Source: Heptranchias perlo
Taxonomy: Eukaryota
Length of the DNA stretch: 64,000 nucleotides
Direction of reading: 5' to 3'
Assembly (NCBI RefSeq): GCF_035084215.1
Contig: NC_090325.1
Location: 119,722,001-119,786,000 of the forward strand
Shown here: in pieces, positions 24,760 through 37,628 of the stretch
How the letters are laid out: every line of letters begins with the position of its first letter
Numbering within the stretch: position 1 is the first letter of the stretch
The notes under the pieces: generated by a model
What the model saw: the letters and a program-made list of their open reading frames with translations, nothing else
Database searches by the model: none
What the model was told of the DNA's origin: nothing
Program-made: the position numbers and the translations under genes

Positions 24760-25944
24760 AGTAAAAATAGAATAATTGAATCAGCACATTTAAAACTTCA
24801 ACATTTTAACGGCACTCAGGTCAATCATCAGATAAAGAATAAGAGCAGAAATTACCTTGATCCTTTTGTTGTTTTTAAGAACTAAAAATGAAAATGGTCC
24901 CATCTCTTGTGGTGACATCACACTGCCATTATGCCTGACCCTAAACCCAGGACCTGTAAATAGTCTTGTGACTTTTGAAACTGGTGAACAATTGTACAAC
25001 GATATGTTGCATTCTTGATCTTTCAATGATACGTCTACCCAATGGTTTTGTTTTACCAACAGATACTGTCCGTAATGGTTAAACCATTATTAGAAAGGAA
25101 CAACTGCTCTCAAAGGCAATTACGTATGAAGGTTCTTTTTGTTTACTTAAATCAGATCCAAAAAGGGGGTTAAATGGTATTAGTAAAGAAATGGATCCCA
25201 AATTTTATTTTTTTTAAAATCTGGAAATCACATGAGAATATGGTTTGGTGTAAAGTGCAAAGACGCCGGTAAGTGTGTTATGCCAGGAAGATGCAAACAA
25301 AATGATGTTATTTCAAGGTGGGTTCCTGCAACAGTGGCAATGTCATCACTATCTGCAGATGAAAGACTGATTGAAGTTGACTTGATAGACTTTTTGGAGG
25401 ATGATATACACGAGGAGTTTGTGAACTATCTAAGGACATTGGTTAGTGGGGATGAGGGAATCTGGAAAGCCCCAGATACATTTTGCTGGTCAAGGAATAG
25501 CTATTCAGCTGTGAAGTGCTGCTGAGCTCATGGTTAGCAGGTGGCTTCACCTTGGATGAAGAATCTCCTAGCTGCTCTCTACAGGTCAATCGATGGAACT
25601 CAGAGAACTAACATGGCAAATTCAAAGAGAGGAGGATATGGAGTTACACCATATATCTGGTTTGTCAATCAACATTTTGCCTTACACCAACCAAAAATGA
25701 CTAAATTGGGATAAAATATTGGTGCCTGTTAGGCCCCACAATGTTACGAAAAACATATTACCCTTCAGACAGACGCCTTATAAGCAGTTGTAAATTTTGC
25801 CCATTCCATTCCACACATTTTCTTGAGGCTTAAATAGTTGTATTAATTGTTTTAGTTATTATGGTATGTTGGCTTAAGAGTGTAGCGCGATGGTTGTCAT
25901 GGCACATGTATAATCATGAAGTAACAGCATTAATCAAGAAGTGA
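24760..25944 (+). pseudogene. env-like remnant
   Basis: Broken frames rich in Cys and N-x-S/T sites (HFNGTQV, NKS, ISCGDITLPLCL, FNDTSTQWFCFTNRYC), ORF 25232-25525, and a hydrophobic TM-like run IVVLIVLVIMVCW plus short tail ending at 25944, just before the PPT. Confidence 0.5.
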
Positions 25945-25972
25945 GGACATAAGACTATGGTCTGTCGGCCTC

Positions 25973-26336
25973 AAGGTGGGGACTGCTAGACTATGCCGTT
26001 GTGTACTAAAAATGTAACAAGTATAAAAGAATTGTTTTATGCAATATATGTAATTGTAAAATGCATTTAATATGTAACTGCATTTACTCAGTATATTAAC
26101 CAAACAATTTAATAGTTAGCTTGGACAATGTGTGTTTAAACCCTACAATTAATAATTTGTTTAAGTTTCATAAATATAAAAGAATCTAGCATGTTTGGAA
26201 AAAGACAAGCTACATTCCCCAAAAGAGATAAGGGGAGCACCAAGTGTCTTGCCATTGTCTAGAACACGTTACTGTTATCAGCCTATTCTTTTCAACAAGT
26301 TGATGAGATTAAGTGCGGCCTCCTCAACAAATTGAT
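25973..26336 (+). mobile_element. Polypurine tract (aaggtggggac) and 3' LTR first part (from 25984)
   Basis: tgctagactatgcc.. aligns to 19950 onward with ~23 substitutions and 1 indel in ~355 bp (hand count). Cut by CR1 at ~26337; a further LTR piece at 28397-28432. Confidence 0.9.
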
Positions 26337-28397
26337 GCGGCATAGAAGATAAGAGCAGGGAGGTTATGCTAGAACTGTATAAAACACTAGTTAGGCCACA
26401 GCTTGAGTACTGTGTACAGTTCTGGTCACCACATTACAGGAAAGATGTGATTACACTTGAGAGGGTACAGAGGAGATTTATGAGGATGTTGCCTGGATTG
26501 GAGAATTTTAGCTATGAGAAAAGATTGGATAGGCTGGGGTTGTTTTCTCTGGAACAGAGGAGGCTGAGGGGAGATTTAATTGAGGTAAATAAAATTATGA
26601 AACATAGAAACATAGAAAATAGGATCAAGAGTAGGTCATTCAGCCCTTTGGGTCTGCTCCGCCATTCAAAATGATCATGGCTGATCTTCTAACTCAGTAC
26701 CCTGTTCCTGCTTTTTCCCCATATCCCTTGATCCCTTTAGCATTAAGAAATATATCTATCTCCTTCTTGAATACATCTAATGACTTGGCCTCCACGGTCT
26801 TCTGTGGTAGATAATTCCACAGGTTCACCACTCTCTGAGTGAAGAAATTTCTCCTCATCTCGGTTCTAAATGGCATACCCCGTATCCTGAGACTGTGACC
26901 CCTGTTTCTGGACTCCCCAGCCATCGGGAACATCCTCCCTGCATCTATTCTGTCTAGTCCTGTTAGAATTTATATGTTTCCATGAAAGCACCTCTCATTC
27001 TTTTAAACTCTAGTGAACATAGGCCAAGTCGACCCAATCTCTCCTCATCCGTCAGTCCTGCCATCTCAGGAATCAGCCTGGTAAACCTTCGTTGCACTCC
27101 CTCCATGACAAGGACATCCTTCCTCAGATAAAGGAGACCAAAACTGCACACAATACTCCAGGTGTGGTCTCACCAAGGCCCTGTATAACTGCAGTAAGAC
27201 ATCCCTGCTCCTGTACTCAAATCCTCTTGCAATGAAGGCCAACATACCATTGAATGCTCGCTTTCAGTGACTGGTGTACAAGGACACCCAGGTCTCGTTC
27301 CACCTCCCCCTTTTTCCAATCTATCACCATTCAGATAATAATCTGCCTTTCTGTTTTTACAACCAAAGTGGATAACCTCACATTTATCCATGTTATACTG
27401 CATCTGCTATGTTCTTGCCCACTCACCCAACTTGTCTAAATCACATTAGAGCCTCTTTGCATCCTTCTCACAGCTCACATTCTACCCCAGCTTTGTGTCA
27501 TCTGCAAACTTGGAAATGTTACATTTAGTTCCCTCATCCAAATCATTGATATATATTGTGAATAGCTGGGGCCCAAGCACTGATCCCTGCGGTACCCCAC
27601 TAGTCACTGCCTGCCACCCGGAGAAAGACCAGTTTATTCCTACTCTCTGTTTCCTGTCTGTCAACCAATTCTCAATCCATGCCAGTATATTCCCCCCAAT
27701 CCCATGTGCTTTAATTTTGCACACTAACCTCTTGTGTGGGACCTTATCTAAAGCCTTCTGAAAATCCAAATACACCACATCCACTGGTTCTCCCCTATCT
27801 ATTCTACTAGTTACATCCTCAAAAAACTCCAGTAGATTTGTTAAGCATGATTTCCCTTTCATAAACCCATGCTGACTTTATCCAATCCCGTTAATGCCCT
27901 CCAAGTGTTCCGTTGTCACATATTTTATAATAGACTCTAGCATTTTCCTCACTACTGATGTCAGGCTAACTGGTCTGTAATTCCATGTTTTTTCTCTCCC
28001 TCCTTTTTTAAATAGTGAGGCTGAGGGGTGATTTAATTGAGGTATATAAAATTATGAGGGGCCTAGATAGAGTAGATAGGAAGGATCTATTTCCCTTAGC
28101 AGAGAGGTCAATAACCAGGGGGCATAGATTTAAAGTAATTGGTAGAAGGATTAGAGGGGAGCTGAGGAAATTTTTTTTCACCCAGAGGGTTGTAGGGATC
28201 TGGAACTCACTGCCTGAAAGGGTGGTAGAGGCAGAAACCCTCATCGCGTTTAAAAGGTGCTTGGATGTGCACTTGAAGTGCCGCAACCTGCAGGGCTACG
28301 GACCAAGGCTGGATGGCTCTTTTTTGGCCGGCACAGACACGATGAGCCGAGTGGCCTCTTTCTATGCTGTAAATTTCTATGATTCTATGATTCTATG
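26337..28397 (+). mobile_element. CR1 3' fragment inserted in the 3' LTR, split by an inverted CR1
   Basis: [20 protein letters not shown] (26366-26600) resumes at 28017 RLRGDLIEVYKIMRGLD and ends in an (ATTCTATG)n tail. Confidence 0.88.
26601..28016 (-). mobile_element. CR1 LINE (different subfamily), 5'-truncated
   Basis: [46 protein letters not shown]; (TTTCTATG)n tail at 26601-26620. Confidence 0.92.
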
Positions 28398-28436
28398 ATT
28401 AAGTCAGCATGCCATATGATCCTCAGCTACAGGCAT

Positions 28437-29390
28437 GATATATATTGATGACCTGGACTTGGGTATACAGGGTATAATTTCAATGTTTACAGATGACATG
28501 AAACTCAGAAATGAAACTCGCAACAGACTTCAGGAGGACATAGACAGACTGGTGAAATGGGCAGACAGAGGGCAGATGAAATTTAATCCAAAGAAGTGTG
28601 AAGTGATGCATTTTGATAAGAAGAATGAGAAGAGGCAATATAAACAAAATGGTACAATTTTAAAGGGATTGCAGGAACAGAGAGACCTGGGGGTGTATGT
28701 ACATAACTTTGAATGTGGCAGGATAAGTTTAGAAGGCTGTTAAAAAAGCATATGGGATATTTGGCTTTATTAATAGAGGCATAGAGTACAAAAGCAAGGG
28801 ACTTATGCTAAACCCTTATAAAACATTGGTTAGCCCTCAGCTGGAGTATTGTGTTCTATTCTGGACACCACAGTTTAGGAAGGATGTCAAGGCCTCAGAG
28901 AGGGTGCAGAAGAGATGTACTAGAATGGTACCAAGGATGAGGGAATTCAGTTATGTGGAAAGACTGGAGAAGCTGGGGTTGTTCTCCTTAGAGCAGAGAA
29001 GGTTAAGAGGAGATTTGATAGAGGTGTTCAAAATCATGAATGGTTTTGACAGAGTAAATAAGGAGAAACTGTTGCCAGTGGCAGAAGGGTTGGTAACCGG
29101 AGGACACAGATTCAAAGTGATTGACAAAAGAACCAGAGACGACATGAGGACTTTTTTTTATGCGGCAAGTTGTTATGATCTGGAGTCCACTGCCTGAAAG
29201 GGTGGTGGAAGCAGATTCAATAATAACTTTCTAAAGGGAATTGGATAAATACTTGAAGGGAAAAAAATTACAGGGTTATGGGGATAGACCAGGGGAGTGG
29301 GACTAATTTCAATACCTCTTTCAAATAGCGGCCACTGGCACGATGGGCCAAATGGCCCCCTCCTGTGCAGTAACATACTATGATGCTGTG
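28437..29390 (+). mobile_element. CR1 3' part (probable continuation of host CR1 18884-19949)
   Basis: IYIDDLDLGIQG.., YKTLVSPQLEYC.., 3' tail at ~29390. Confidence 0.88.
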
Positions 29391-29714
29391 ATAACCAATA
29401 ATAATTTAACCTCCTGATTTTCTACACTATTTTCTAGATGTTACCTTTAATTGTCAGGGTTGATTAAGTATTCAATGGGGCACACTGGTGCTTGTGTTGC
29501 TGGGGCTAGAAGATGATATCATCACTGCAGTGTTGAATAATGGACATGTGTTGAGGGATAGATATTTTGGAGTTCTGTTTGGTTTATCTTTGAGGATTAG
29601 TAAGTATTTTTGCAGAGCCCTTGTTCAAGAGATTAAATAGGTATGGTACATGATAGGATAGATTGTGTATAATCTGTGGAATAAATTGGTTAGAAGGGCT
29701 AAATAGATTTAGAA

Positions 29715-30875
29715 GTAACGGAAAAGATTGATGAGGGTTGATGCGGTTGATGTTGTGTATATGGACTTTCAAAAGGCGTTTGACAAAGTGCCACATAATA
29801 GACTTGTTAGCAAAATTAAAGCCCATGGGATTAAAGAGACAGGGGCAGTGTGGATATAAAATTCTCTAGAGGACAGAAAGCAGAGAGTAGTGGTGAGTGT
29901 TTGTTTTTCAGGGAGGTATTAGGTGGTGTTCTCCAGGGGATGGTGTTGCAACCACTGCTCTTTTTGATATATATTAATGACCTGGGCTTGGGTATACAGG
30001 GTATAATTTCAGTTTGCAGATGACACGAAACTTGGAAATGTAGTACACAATGTGGAGGATAGTAATAGACTTCAGGGGGACACAGACAGATTCATGAAAT
30101 GGGCAGACACATGGCAATGACATTTAACACAGAGAAATGTGAAGTGATACATTTTTGTAGGAAGAATGAGGAGGGGCAATATAAGCTAAATGGTACAATC
30201 CTAAAGGGAGTGCAGGAACAGGGAGACCTGGGGGTGTATGTGCACAAATCTTTGACGGTGGCAGACAAATTGAGAAGGCTGTTAAAAAAGCAAATAGGAT
30301 CCTTAGCTTTATAAATAGAGGCATAGAGTACAAAAGCAAGGAAGTTATGCTATAAAAATCATTAATTAGGCCCCAACTGGAATAATGTGTCCAATTCCGC
30401 AAACTGCACTTTTGGAAGGATGTCAAGGCATTAGAGAGGCTGCAGAAGAGATTTACTAGAACGGAACCAATGCTTAGGGACTTCAGTTACTTGGGGAGAC
30501 TGGAGAAGCTAGGATTATTCTCCTTAGAACAGAGAAGGTTAAGAGGAGATTTGATAGAGATGTTCAAAATCGTGAATGATTTTGATAGCGTAAATAAGGA
30601 GGAACTGTTTCCAGTGACAGGTGGGTGAGTAACCAGAGGACACAGATTTAAGGTGATTGACAAAAGAACCAGAGGTGACATGAGCAAAACAAATTTTTAG
30701 GCAGAGAGTTGTTATGATCTGGAATGCACTGTCTGAAAGCGTGGTGGAAGCAGAATCAATAGTAACTTCCAAAAGGGAATTGGGTAAATACTTGAAGAGG
30801 AAAAAAATTACAGGGCTAATTGGATAGCTCGTCCAAAGAGCTGGCAGAGGCACGATGGGCCGAATGGCCTCCTTT
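29715..30875 (+). mobile_element. CR1 LINE fragment
   Basis: VVYMDFQKAFDKVPH to the 3' end, with multiple frameshifts. Confidence 0.9.
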
Positions 30876-30877
30876 TT

Positions 30878-32660
30878 TTATTCATTCATGGAATATAGGC
30901 ATCGCTGGCATGGCCAGCATTTATTGCCCATTCCTAATTGCCCTTGAGAAGGTGATGGTGAGTTGCCATCTTGAACCTTTGCAGTCCGTGTGGTAAAGGT
31001 TCTCCCACAGTGCTATTAGGTAGGGAGTTTCAGCATTTTGACTCAGTGCCGATGAAGGAACTGCGATATATTTCCAAGTCAGGATGGTGTGTGACTTGGA
31101 GGGGAATGTGCAGGTGGTGGTGTTCCCATGTGCCTGTTGCCCTTGTCCTTCTAGGTGGTAGAGGTCGCGGGTTTGGGAGGTGCTGTCGAAGAAACCTTAG
31201 CGAGTTGCTGCAGTGCATCTTGTAGATGGTACACACTGCAGCCACTGTGTGCCGGTGGTGAAGGGAGTGAATGTTTAGGGTGGTGGATGGGGTGCCAATC
31301 AAGTGGGCTGCTTTGTTCTGGATGGTGTCGAGCTTCTTGAGTGTGTTGTTGGACCTGTACTCATCCAGGCAAGTGGGGAGTATTTCATCACATTCCTGAC
31401 TTGTGCCTTGTAGATGGTGGAAAGGCTTTGGGGAGTCAGGAGGTGAGTCACTCGCCACAGAATACCCAGCCTCTGACCTGCTCTTTAGGCCACAGTATTT
31501 ATGTGGCTGGTCCAGTTTAGTTTCTGGTCAATGGTGACACCCCAGGATGTTGATGGTGAGGGATTCGGCGATAGTAATGCTGTTGACTGTCAAGGGGATG
31601 TGTTTAAACTCTCTCTTGTTGGAGATGGTCATTGCCTGGCACTTGTCTGGCGCGAATGTTACTTGCCACTTATCAGCCCAAGCCTAGATGTTGTCCAGGT
31701 CTTTCTGCATGCGGGCACGGACTGCTTCATTATCTGAGGGGTTGCGAATGGAACTGAACACTGTGCAATCATCAGCGAACATCCCCATTTCTGACCTGAT
31801 GATGGAGGGAAGGTCATTGATGAAGCAGCTGAAGATGGTTGGGTCTAGGACAATGCCCTGAGGAACTCCTGCAGTGATGTCCTGCAGCTGAGATGATTGG
31901 CCTCCAACAACCACTACCATCTTCCTTTGTGCTAGGTATGACTCCAGCCACTGGAGAGTTTTCCCCCTGATTCCCATTGACTTCAATTTTACTAGGGCTC
32001 CTTGATGCCACACTGGATCGAATGCTGCCTTGATGTCAAGGGCAGTCACTCTCACCTCACCTCTGGAATTCAGCTCTTTTGTCCATGTTTGGACCAAGGC
32101 TGTAATGAGGTCTGGAGCCGAGTGATCCTGGTGGAACCCAAACTGAGCATCAGTGAGCAGGTTATTGGTGAGTAAGTGTTGCTTGATAGCACTGTTGATG
32201 ACACTTTCCATCATTTTGCTGATGATTGAGAGTAAACTGATGGGGCGGTAATTGGCCAGATTGGATTTGTCCTGCTTTTTGTGGACTGGACATTCCTGGG
32301 CAATTTTCCACATTGTCGGGTAGATGCCAGTGTTGTAGCTGTACTGGAACAGCTTGGCTAGAAGTGCAGCTAGTTCTGGAGCACAAGTCCTCAGCACTAC
32401 AGCTGGGATATTGTCAGAGCCCGTACCCTTTGCTGTATCCAGTGCACTCAGCCGTTTCTTGATATCACGTGGAGTGAATCGAATTGGCTGAAGACTGGCT
32501 TCTGTGATGGTGGGGATATCAGGAGGAGGCCGAGATGAATCATCCACTCGGCACTTCTGGCTGAAGATGGTTGCAAACGCTTCAGCCTTGTCTTTTGCAC
32601 TCACATGCTGGACTCTGCCATCTTTGAGGATGGGGATGTTCACGGAGCCTCCTCCTCCTG
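30878..32660 (-). mobile_element. Non-LTR retrotransposon family B, 5'-truncated, 319-aa RT piece
   Basis: ORF 31684-32643 with NYRPISLLS, LDIKAAFD, GVPQG and FADD motifs; (TGAA)n tail. Confidence 0.93.
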
Positions 32661-32904
32661 TGCTGTATCATTCTATGGTTCTATTATTCTATGATCTTTT
32701 TTCTCTGTGTCTAGTCTGTGTTGTTTATTTCTCTAATTTCTCTCATCATGCTTCCTTTTGTCTTGCACTATTGTCACTTATGTCATTTAATCATCTCCTT
32801 TTCTCCACCTAATCACTTTACGTGTCATTCTTTTTCTATTCTTGTGTTCTATTCCCTCCTCCTTTTTCTTGCTCAATTCCTCCTTTTAAACTGTTCATCT
32901 GTTA

Positions 32905-33000
32905 TATCTTCCAGTTCTGGCAAAGGGTCATAGGCCTGAAAAGTTAACTTTTTTTCTTTTTCCACAGATGCTGCCTGACCTGCTGAGCGTTTCCTTTCTT
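32905..33000 (+). mobile_element. Penelope-like terminal fragment (degenerate hammerhead region)
   Basis: cagttctggcaaagggtcataggcctgaaaagttaac..ccacagatgctgcctgacctgctgag is homologous to 58086-58160. Confidence 0.7.
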
Positions 33001-35019
33001 TTCATATTTCATGTTTCAGCTTTTACTCTTTGTATTTTTCCACAATTTTTTTTCGCCTCTTTCTAAATGTTTATGGTAAAATTGTGAAAATTGGTAATTT
33101 TTTACACATATATAAAATGTACATGGAATATTAATTTTCTCTCTCCCAAAGCATTCTTTGAGCTGTTGTGAAAATTCCGTCAATTATGAATGGCCCTTTG
33201 CGTGCAATTACATTTGAATCAATTCCATTTAATGCATTATTCAGTTCAAGCTGCTTGATGGCTCTGCTGCACAAGTATGTCTCAGCCTCTCAAAAGTATT
33301 CTGAGTGTCAGCAAATAAACAGATATACCTACAGTGAGTTTTTAATCACCAAGCTTTTAGCATAAAAAATGAATTGGAAGGGAACTCACTGTTTATTGAT
33401 GAGGTACCAGAAATGGACTGAGCATCTGTGTTCTATTCTAAGAAATGGAAGGCAATTAAAATAATTTTCTGCAAGGTAAGGTAATGATGATGTGTAATGC
33501 AGCTAGTTTATTCCTATTATTATACGACACCTTGAATTCATTCAGTGAGTCCTTTGTAAGCTGTTTGGTAATTGTTAATAACTGTGTGATATAGGCAGCA
33601 CCCAGCAAAGACCTGCATGAATTGCATACAAATAACTGGTACATTCCATGCATTACTTATCTTATAAACATCAACCTTGTGCACACATTGCAAATTTCAA
33701 AATTTGATGACCTAAGAAACCTTGGGGTGATTTCCCAGATAACAGTCATATTGAGGCCGTCCTATTGACGTGGAGAAAATGTAATCTTACATACAGAATC
33801 TCAGTAGGGTGGTCGACACTGGTTTCCATTTTCTGAGATTGGATTCAAAGAGTGGTAACAATTTTCTGCTCAGTAGCTCAAAAACAGCTATTAAGGCCAT
33901 TAACAGATGGCTGATTCAAATAAATTCAATCACACTGATTTCTGAACAGTTATGTGGCATATCTCCTGCTTTGATCCCTGCACCTGTTGTAGGATATTGG
34001 GGCTCTGGAGAAGGTACAAGGGAGGGTGACCAGAATGATAGCTAGCCTAAAGGTGATGAGGATAGTCACCAGAATTTAAAGTTATTGGTCCTAAATGCTG
34101 AGATGTTCCTGCCCAGACCTCTGCCACTGACCCCGTCAACGTTGGTGGGGTCATGGAGATATCCCTTCATTTCCCGACCAATGGTGAGCACCATTAGGAG
34201 TACCTGGGCACATGCCATTGCAGCAAGGCCGGAAAGTCTGGCATGACTGCTTGCGCTGGGAAGAGGAGGAGTGTCAGGGCCCTCCTCCGATAACAAGATG
34301 TAACTGCCCCCATTAGTCTTCTTAGAAAGAAGCCATTTTAAAAAATGTTCAAAGAAAAAAAGTGTACCCAATCTTCAGGGGTCCAGGCCACAATCTCCCA
34401 TGTGGTCCTCACATCTGCCGTGGATCAGCCGGTATTCTTGATCTGACCAGATGTATATTCGCCGACCATATGACAGGTCCCAGTGAAGGCCCAGGTGCAG
34501 GAACTCCAATGTTTAGAATCCTCAATAATGGCTTCAACAATGGGCTTGTAAAGGGAGAACAGAGAAATAGTTGTGGTGGATGTGTATGGATTTTACTGTG
34601 GTGTTTAGTGCAATAGTCTTTGTATTTCAGATGGGCCAGGTTCATCTGGTGAGAGAGAAGGAGTATATATTAGTTGGCTATCTCAGAGACTTCACTTCAT
34701 AGTGAAAACATTCCTCATATGCAGGTATTGAAAGATAGATATTGTATGTAAGACAAGCAGTTGTGGGCCATAGGATGGTTTCCAACTATTATCATAGACT
34801 AAGCTTCATATATCAAGTAGATGCGGTGGGTATCACATAAAGCAGAAGATACTCATTGGATTCATTAGAAGACATCTTCTCAGACTTCATTATCTCTTAC
34901 AATAACATATGACTAATGTTTGCATTTATATGGTCCCTTTCACATTGAAATATTTTAGCACACTTTCACCATGAATTACTTTCTTTGAAGTGCAGTGACT
35001 GTTGCCTCTTCCAGACTCT

Positions 35020-35365
35020 AGGGATATTAACCCCCACACGATGGGCAGGAGGAGGTTGGGGGCGAGGGTTAAACACTTAAAAATGGGGAACGCGTCCCTA
35101 ACTCGCCACATACATGCCCATTGCCGTTTTTATGGCGTGACGGGTGGTGAGATGTGCAGGTGTCCCACCTTGGAGAGGCGGGACACTTCATTAACATATT
35201 TAAATCAAGGCTGGGGAAACCCAGCAGTGAAATGGAGATGGAAACTGCCTGCTCCAGAAGGTAAGTGCTTTTTATAGCACTCCTTGTGGGCCAAGAGGAG
35301 CAGGAGTGCTCCCCCTGGCCCCGCAAAGAAGCCTTCGGCCTCCCTTCTGCTGATCACGGCCTTCT
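35020..35365. mobile_element. DNA-transposon end fragment (Harbinger-like), homologous to 44260-44600
   Basis: Both copies share gggg..atattaa..cccc..cgatgggc and ccag.aggtaagtgcttt..cact.cttgtgggcca.gaggagcaggagt. Confidence 0.6.
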
Positions 35366-37430
35366 GGGGGGTGGCTGTATTAATCAAAGATACTGTTACA
35401 GCACTGGAAAGGGATGAGGATTTAAAGACAGAATCTATTTGGTTAGAATTAAGGAACAATAGAGGATTTATTATGCTATTGGGTGTATACTATAGGTCAC
35501 CAAATAATGGGAAGGAGGTAGAGGAGCAAATTTGCAGGCAAATTGCAGAAAGATGCAAGAACCTTAGCATAGTGATAATGGGGGACTTCAATTATCCTAA
35601 AATAGACTGGGAAAATAATATTGTAAAGGGCAAAGAGGGGGAGATGTTCCTGAAATGTGTACAAGAGAACTTTCTCGATCAGTATGTTTCCTGCCCAATG
35701 AGGAAGGAAGCAGTGCTGGATCTAATTCTGAGCAATGGGGTGGGGTAAGTGACATATGTTTCATTGGGGAAGCATTTAGGAAATGGTGATCACAATATCA
35801 TTAAGTTTAGAATAGTTATGGAAAAGGACAAGGAAAAATCAAATGTGAAAATACTCAACTGGATGAGGACTAGTTTCAGTGAGGTGAAAAGGGATCTGAC
35901 TCAGGTGGATTGGAATCAAAGATTGGCAGGTAAAACAAGAAATGAGCAATGGGAGGCCTTCAAAGAGGAGATAGTTCGGGTACAGACTAGATACATTCCC
36001 ACGAGGGGGAAAGGAAGGGCATCCAAAGCTAGAGCTCCCTGGATGACTAAAAATATAGAGATTAAAATGAAACAGAAAAAGGAGGGTTATGATAAATGTT
36101 GGGCTCATAATTCAGTAGAGAACCAAGATGAACACAGAAAGTACAGGGAAGAACTGAAAAAGCAAAGAGAATGTATGAGAATAGATTAGCGGGTTACATA
36201 AAAGGGAATTCAAACGTCTTTTCTAAACATATAAATAGTGAAAGGGTAGTCAAAGGAAGAAAGTGGCCGATTGGGGACCAAAAAGGAGATCTTTGTATGG
36301 AGGCAGAGGGCATGGCTGAGGGACTAAATGAGTACTTTGCATCGGTCTTCACTAAAGAAGAGGATGCCACAAATGTCATGGTGTAGGAGGAGGGAGTAGA
36401 GAAATTGGATAGATAAAAATAGATAAAGAAGGGGTACTTAAAAGGTTGGCAGTGATCAAAGTAAAAAAGTCACCCAGTCCAGATGGGATGCATCCTAGGT
36501 TACTGAGGGAAGTAAGGGTGGAAATTACGGAGGTTCTGGCCCACAATCTTCCAATCCTCCTTAGATATGGTGATGGTGCCGGAGGACTGGAGGATTGCAA
36601 ATGTTACACCCCTGTTCAAAAAAGGGAGCGAGGCATATAACCAGCAACTACAGGCCAGTCATCCTAACGTCGGTGATGAGAAAACTTTTAAAGGCAATAA
36701 TCTGGGACAAAATTAATTGGCACTAGGAAAAGTATTGGTTAATAAATGAAAGCCAGCATGGATTTGTTAAAGGCAAATCGTGTTTGACTAACTTGATTCA
36801 GTTCTTTGATGAATAAATGGAGAGGGTTGATGAGGGTAGTGTGGTTGATGTGTATATGGACTTTCAAAAGGTGTTTGATAAAGTACCACACAATAGGCTT
36901 GTTAGCAAAATTGAAGCCCATGGGATTAAAGGGACAATGTCTGCATGGATACAAAATTGGCTAAGGGACAGAAATCAGAGAGTAGTGGTGAACAGTTGTT
37001 TTTCAGACTGGAGGGAAGTGGTGTTCCCCAGCGGTCAGTGTTGGGACCCCTGCTCTTTTTGATATATATTAGTTACCTGGACTTGGGTATACAGGGCATA
37101 AGTTCAAAGTTTGCAGATGAAATGGAAATGTAGTAAACAGTGAGGAGGATAGAGTGAGGACAGACTTCAGGAGGACATTGGCAGACTGGTGAAATGGGCA
37201 GACATATGACAGATGAAATTTAATGCAGAGAAGTGTGAAGCGATTAATTTTGGTAGGAAAAAGGAGGGGTGGCAATATAAACTAAATGGTGCAATTTTAA
37301 AGGGGATGCAGGACAAGTTGAGAAGGCTGTTAAAAAGGAATACTGAATCCTTGGCTTTATAAATAGAGGCATAGAGTACAAACGCAAGGAAGTTATGCTA
37401 AAGCTTTATAAAACACTGGTCAGGCTCCAG
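35366..37430 (+). mobile_element. CR1 ORF2 remnant including the APE endonuclease domain
   Basis: GGVAVLIKD..ESIWLEL..GVYYRSP..VIMGDFNYP..LDLILSN..GDHN, followed by RT motifs; 3' end missing. Confidence 0.92.
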
Positions 37431-37628
37431 CGCTATTTAAAGGGACCATGCAGGTGTTGTAAGTTAGTTGCTGGATTATTGCTTCTAGCTGCTGGTGGAA
37501 TAGGAAGTGTTTTTTGAAGCTCCTTATACTTACTGAGAGTTGCTTTAGTAGATTTCAGGGTTGTTTGGCAGGTACTGCCGTATGGTTCAAAAAGTTACAT
37601 CCGTGGTTGAACAACATTCCTGGCAACC

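Noticed and set aside
33850-34620. Possible further ancient Harbinger transposase remnant
   Set aside because: Only faint similarity on the minus strand near 34400-34545; no catalytic motif could be read with confidence.
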